Below, in pieces: positions 62,024-64,000 of a stretch of 64,000 bases of DNA (positions within the stretch are counted from its first letter, which is position 1; each line of letters begins with the position of its first letter). The translations under genes were made by a program, and so were the position numbers. The notes beneath the pieces were generated by a model. It saw only the letters and a list, made by a program, of their open reading frames with translations. It searched no databases and was not told the DNA's origin. The DNA is from Candidatus Methylomirabilales bacterium (lineage in GTDB: Bacteria; Methylomirabilota; Methylomirabilia; Methylomirabilales; CSP1-5), in NCBI GenBank assembly GCA_050732295.1, contig JBOHQS010000002.1:416-64415 (forward strand), read 5' to 3'.

Positions 62024-64000
62024 CGCCGGATGACGTCGTCCCTGCCTTGACCACCCGGACCGCCGGATCCTCGTCCGCTCCCCCCCAGAACCTGGTCATC
62101 GACTGCGAAGCTGATGCGTGCCGCTGCCAGCAGCTCCTCGGTGTCCAGAGTACCGGGCGCGCGCCCCGCGATCTGGACATGAAATGCCTCGAGCGCAGCC
62201 AGGTGTCCCTTGTCCTGCTTCCGTCCGACGATTCCGGGCGCCCGACGGCCATGCACTGTCAGGGTGCGATAGTCATTCAGGACATAGGCTGCCCCGTCGG
62301 CGTAGACCTCGGCGTACTCCTTCGGAATATCCTGGGCCCCGAGTGCCGAGTACAAGAGGGTACAGACCGAACCGTCGGCGAACCGGATGGTCGCCGTAAA
62401 GTTCTCCCGGGCCCGCGCCGCCGCCGTCCGCGGATGGATGGGGTGCGCAGAGACGTCCACGGCGCGCGCACCCGTCAAGAACGCAAAGAGATCGAAGATA
62501 TGGCACGCCTCGCCGATGATCCGTCCACCCCCTTCCGGCCCGTGCACCCAGTGATCGGCTGGCAGCGGTCCAGCGTTCATCCGATAGTAGATCTGCATCG
62601 GATTCGCCCGGCCGGCGAGGAGATCGTGCAGGCGGCGGGCGCACGGGCTGTATCGGCGGTTGTAACCGACGAGGAAGACCGGGGCATCTGGCTTGTTGCG
62701 GAACTGGAGCAGTACGTCCTCCAGCTTGTCGAGTTCCCCGACGGTCAGGGCGACGGGCTTCTCGAGAAACACATGCTTCCCGGCCGCCAACGCTTCCGCG
62801 GCCATCTGGGCATGGAGGTCGTGCCGGGTAGAGATGAGGACGGCATCCACGGCGGGATCTGCGAGCACCTCCCGGTAATCCGTGACGGCCCGGGCGGCGT
62901 CGTACTGCCGCGCCAGCGCGACGGCGCGCGCCCCGCTCCGACCAACAATCGCCGCCAGGCTGAATTGGTCCCGAAGGTGGGCGAGATTCGGCAGGTGCGT
63001 GCTCCGGGCGAAGCTGCCCGCACCGATGAGGGCCAGACGGACCCGGTCGGCCGCCGGCTCCGCTCGCGCCACCGGGACACTCCGCTTTATGTCGGTCGGC
63101 CGATCTTCCCCCACCGCCGCGTACCGGAGGAGAGCGGTGAGCGGTCGCGCGCCTTCACCCTGCAACGAGCGGTACGCCTCGCGAACCGCCTCGAGCGGAT
63201 GCACGGTCGATAGCAGCGACTCGATCCGGCACCGTTTCGTGGCCAGACACTCCAGGTACGCCTGCATATTCCGGTTTTCGGTCCACCGGACGTAGGCATA
63301 GGGATAGTCCAACCCGCCCTCTTCGTAGGTCGGGTCGTACCGGCCAGGCCCGTAGGAGGTCGACATGCGAAGATCGAGCTCCTTCAGGTACATTTCCTCG
63401 CGCCGGAGCTGAAGCCCGACATCCCCCACCACCACGATGCGTCCCTTTCGACGCGCCATCTGCATGGCGTGCTGCACGGGTTCGTCACTCGCCGTCGCTG
63501 CGGTCACGAGCACCGCATCCAACCCGTAGCCGTCGCTTATGCGGTGCGCCACCGCCACCGGATCGTCCGCAGCCGGGTCCACTGTCCAATCGCAGCCAGA
63601 CTCCCTGGCCAGGGCGACACGCGCCGGGTCGAGATCCACGCCCAGGACACGCGCGCCAGCCGCACGGCAGAGCTGCACGGTGAGATACCCGATCGCCCCC
63701 AGGCCGATCACTCCAATCCGCTCTCCGAGCTGTATCTCCGCCCGCCGCACCCCCTGCAGCGCGATCGCTCCGAGGGTCACGGTGGCGGCAGCCTCAAGGC
63801 CGATTCCGTCGGGAACCCGGACGACTAGATTGCGAGGCACCGCGACGAACTCCGCATGGTGCGCAAAGCCGGCCCCACCGCACGCCACGGTGTCGCCGAC
63901 CGCCAGATCTTCGATCCCCTCCCCAAGCTCGACGACCCACCCGGCACAGCTGTAACCAGCGACCACACCGCCGGCCAGACGCTCCTGCGCGATTCGCGCC
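62020..64000 (-). CDS. Bi-domain oxidoreductase (zinc-ADH/MDR fold + Gfo/Idh/MocA), N-terminus beyond the window end
   Basis: The frame stays open from 63966 to 64000. [28 protein letters not shown], then [20 protein letters not shown] ... EKPVAL. Confidence 0.75.
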   Translation of the reverse strand, partial: ARIAQERLAGGVVAGYSCAGWVVELGEGIEDLAVGDTVACGGAGFAHHAEFVAVPRNLVVRVPDGIGLEAAATVTLGAIALQGVRRAEIQLGERIGVIGLGAIGYLTVQLCRAAGARVLGVDLDPARVALARESGCDWTVDPAADDPVAVAHRISDGYGLDAVLVTAATASDEPVQHAMQMARRKGRIVVVGDVGLQLRREEMYLKELDLRMSTSYGPGRYDPTYEEGGLDYPYAYVRWTENRNMQAYLECLATKRCRIESLLSTVHPLEAVREAYRSLQGEGARPLTALLRYAAVGEDRPTDIKRSVPVARAEPAADRVRLALIGAGSFARSTHLPNLAHLRDQFSLAAIVGRSGARAVALARQYDAARAVTDYREVLADPAVDAVLISTRHDLHAQMAAEALAAGKHVFLEKPVALTVGELDKLEDVLLQFRNKPDAPVFLVGYNRRYSPCARRLHDLLAGRANPMQIYYRMNAGPLPADHWVHGPEGGGRIIGEACHIFDLFAFLTGARAVDVSAHPIHPRTAAARARENFTATIRFADGSVCTLLYSALGAQDIPKEYAEVYADGAAYVLNDYRTLTVHGRRAPGIVGRKQDKGHLAALEAFHVQIAGRAPGTLDTEELLAAARISFAVDDQVLGGSGRGSGGPGGQGRDDVIRR

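Noticed and set aside
1-64000. Searched for mobile-element hallmarks (transposase, integrase, tRNA attachment site, long terminal inverted or direct repeats) that would define a genomic island
   Set aside because: None was recognised. The only repeat families are the GTGAGG-type motif and short simple repeats. The compositional mosaic is therefore reported only as a hint of horizontal acquisition.

Overview
This 64-kb window is about 60% GC by eye, with lower-GC patches. Nearly all of it is one co-directional minus-strand gene array. I count 53 genes between 2446 and the window end, and about 20 junctions are 4-nt ATGA/GTGA overlaps. The array encodes an ABC-transporter (Wzm/Wzt)-dependent glycan pathway, probably for an O-polysaccharide or capsule. 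The left edge holds the 5' part of lptD (minus strand, manually translated) and one convergent plus-strand methyltransferase gene.

Contents of the array:
- Chain length and initiation: a Wzz-like protein and a GT4 fused to a monotopic phosphoglycosyl-transferase domain.
- About six further glycosyltransferases or GT-B-like proteins.
- 13 SAM methyltransferases, four of them in tandem.
- Four AsnB-type amidotransferases; one lacks the catalytic Cys.
- HisH plus a HisF/N-acetyl-sugar-amidotransferase fusion, and a second free-standing amidotransferase (acetamidino chemistry).
- Two nonulosonic-acid gene sets: NeuB/NeuC/NeuA, and a second NeuB with GNAT, SDR, DegT, Gfo/Idh/MocA and a cytidylyltransferase.
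- A sulfotransferase-fold enzyme.
- A cytoplasmic heparinase II/III-like protein and a bi-domain oxidoreductase.

The most notable finding is a four-gene module at 42.0-47.8 kb: a PEP-utilising kinase, a C26 amidotransferase, a nucleotidyltransferase and an APS-kinase homologue, with flanking methyltransferases. Its enzyme set and gene order match the Campylobacter jejuni cj1418c-cj1415c pathway for the O-methyl-phosphoramidate donor.

Other oddities:
- A four-helix-bundle (23S-IVS/Avd-like) gene cassette bracketed by inverted GTGAGG-type repeats, with a solo copy of the motif 32 kb away.
- Active-site substitutions in the PGT domain (Asp to Asn) and in one SDR (Tyr to Phe).
- A G8 tract inside neuC.
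- A 7-nt tandem repeat inside the HisF domain.

No rRNA, tRNA, CRISPR array, transposase or integrase was seen. All functional calls come from motif recognition by eye; no database search was possible.
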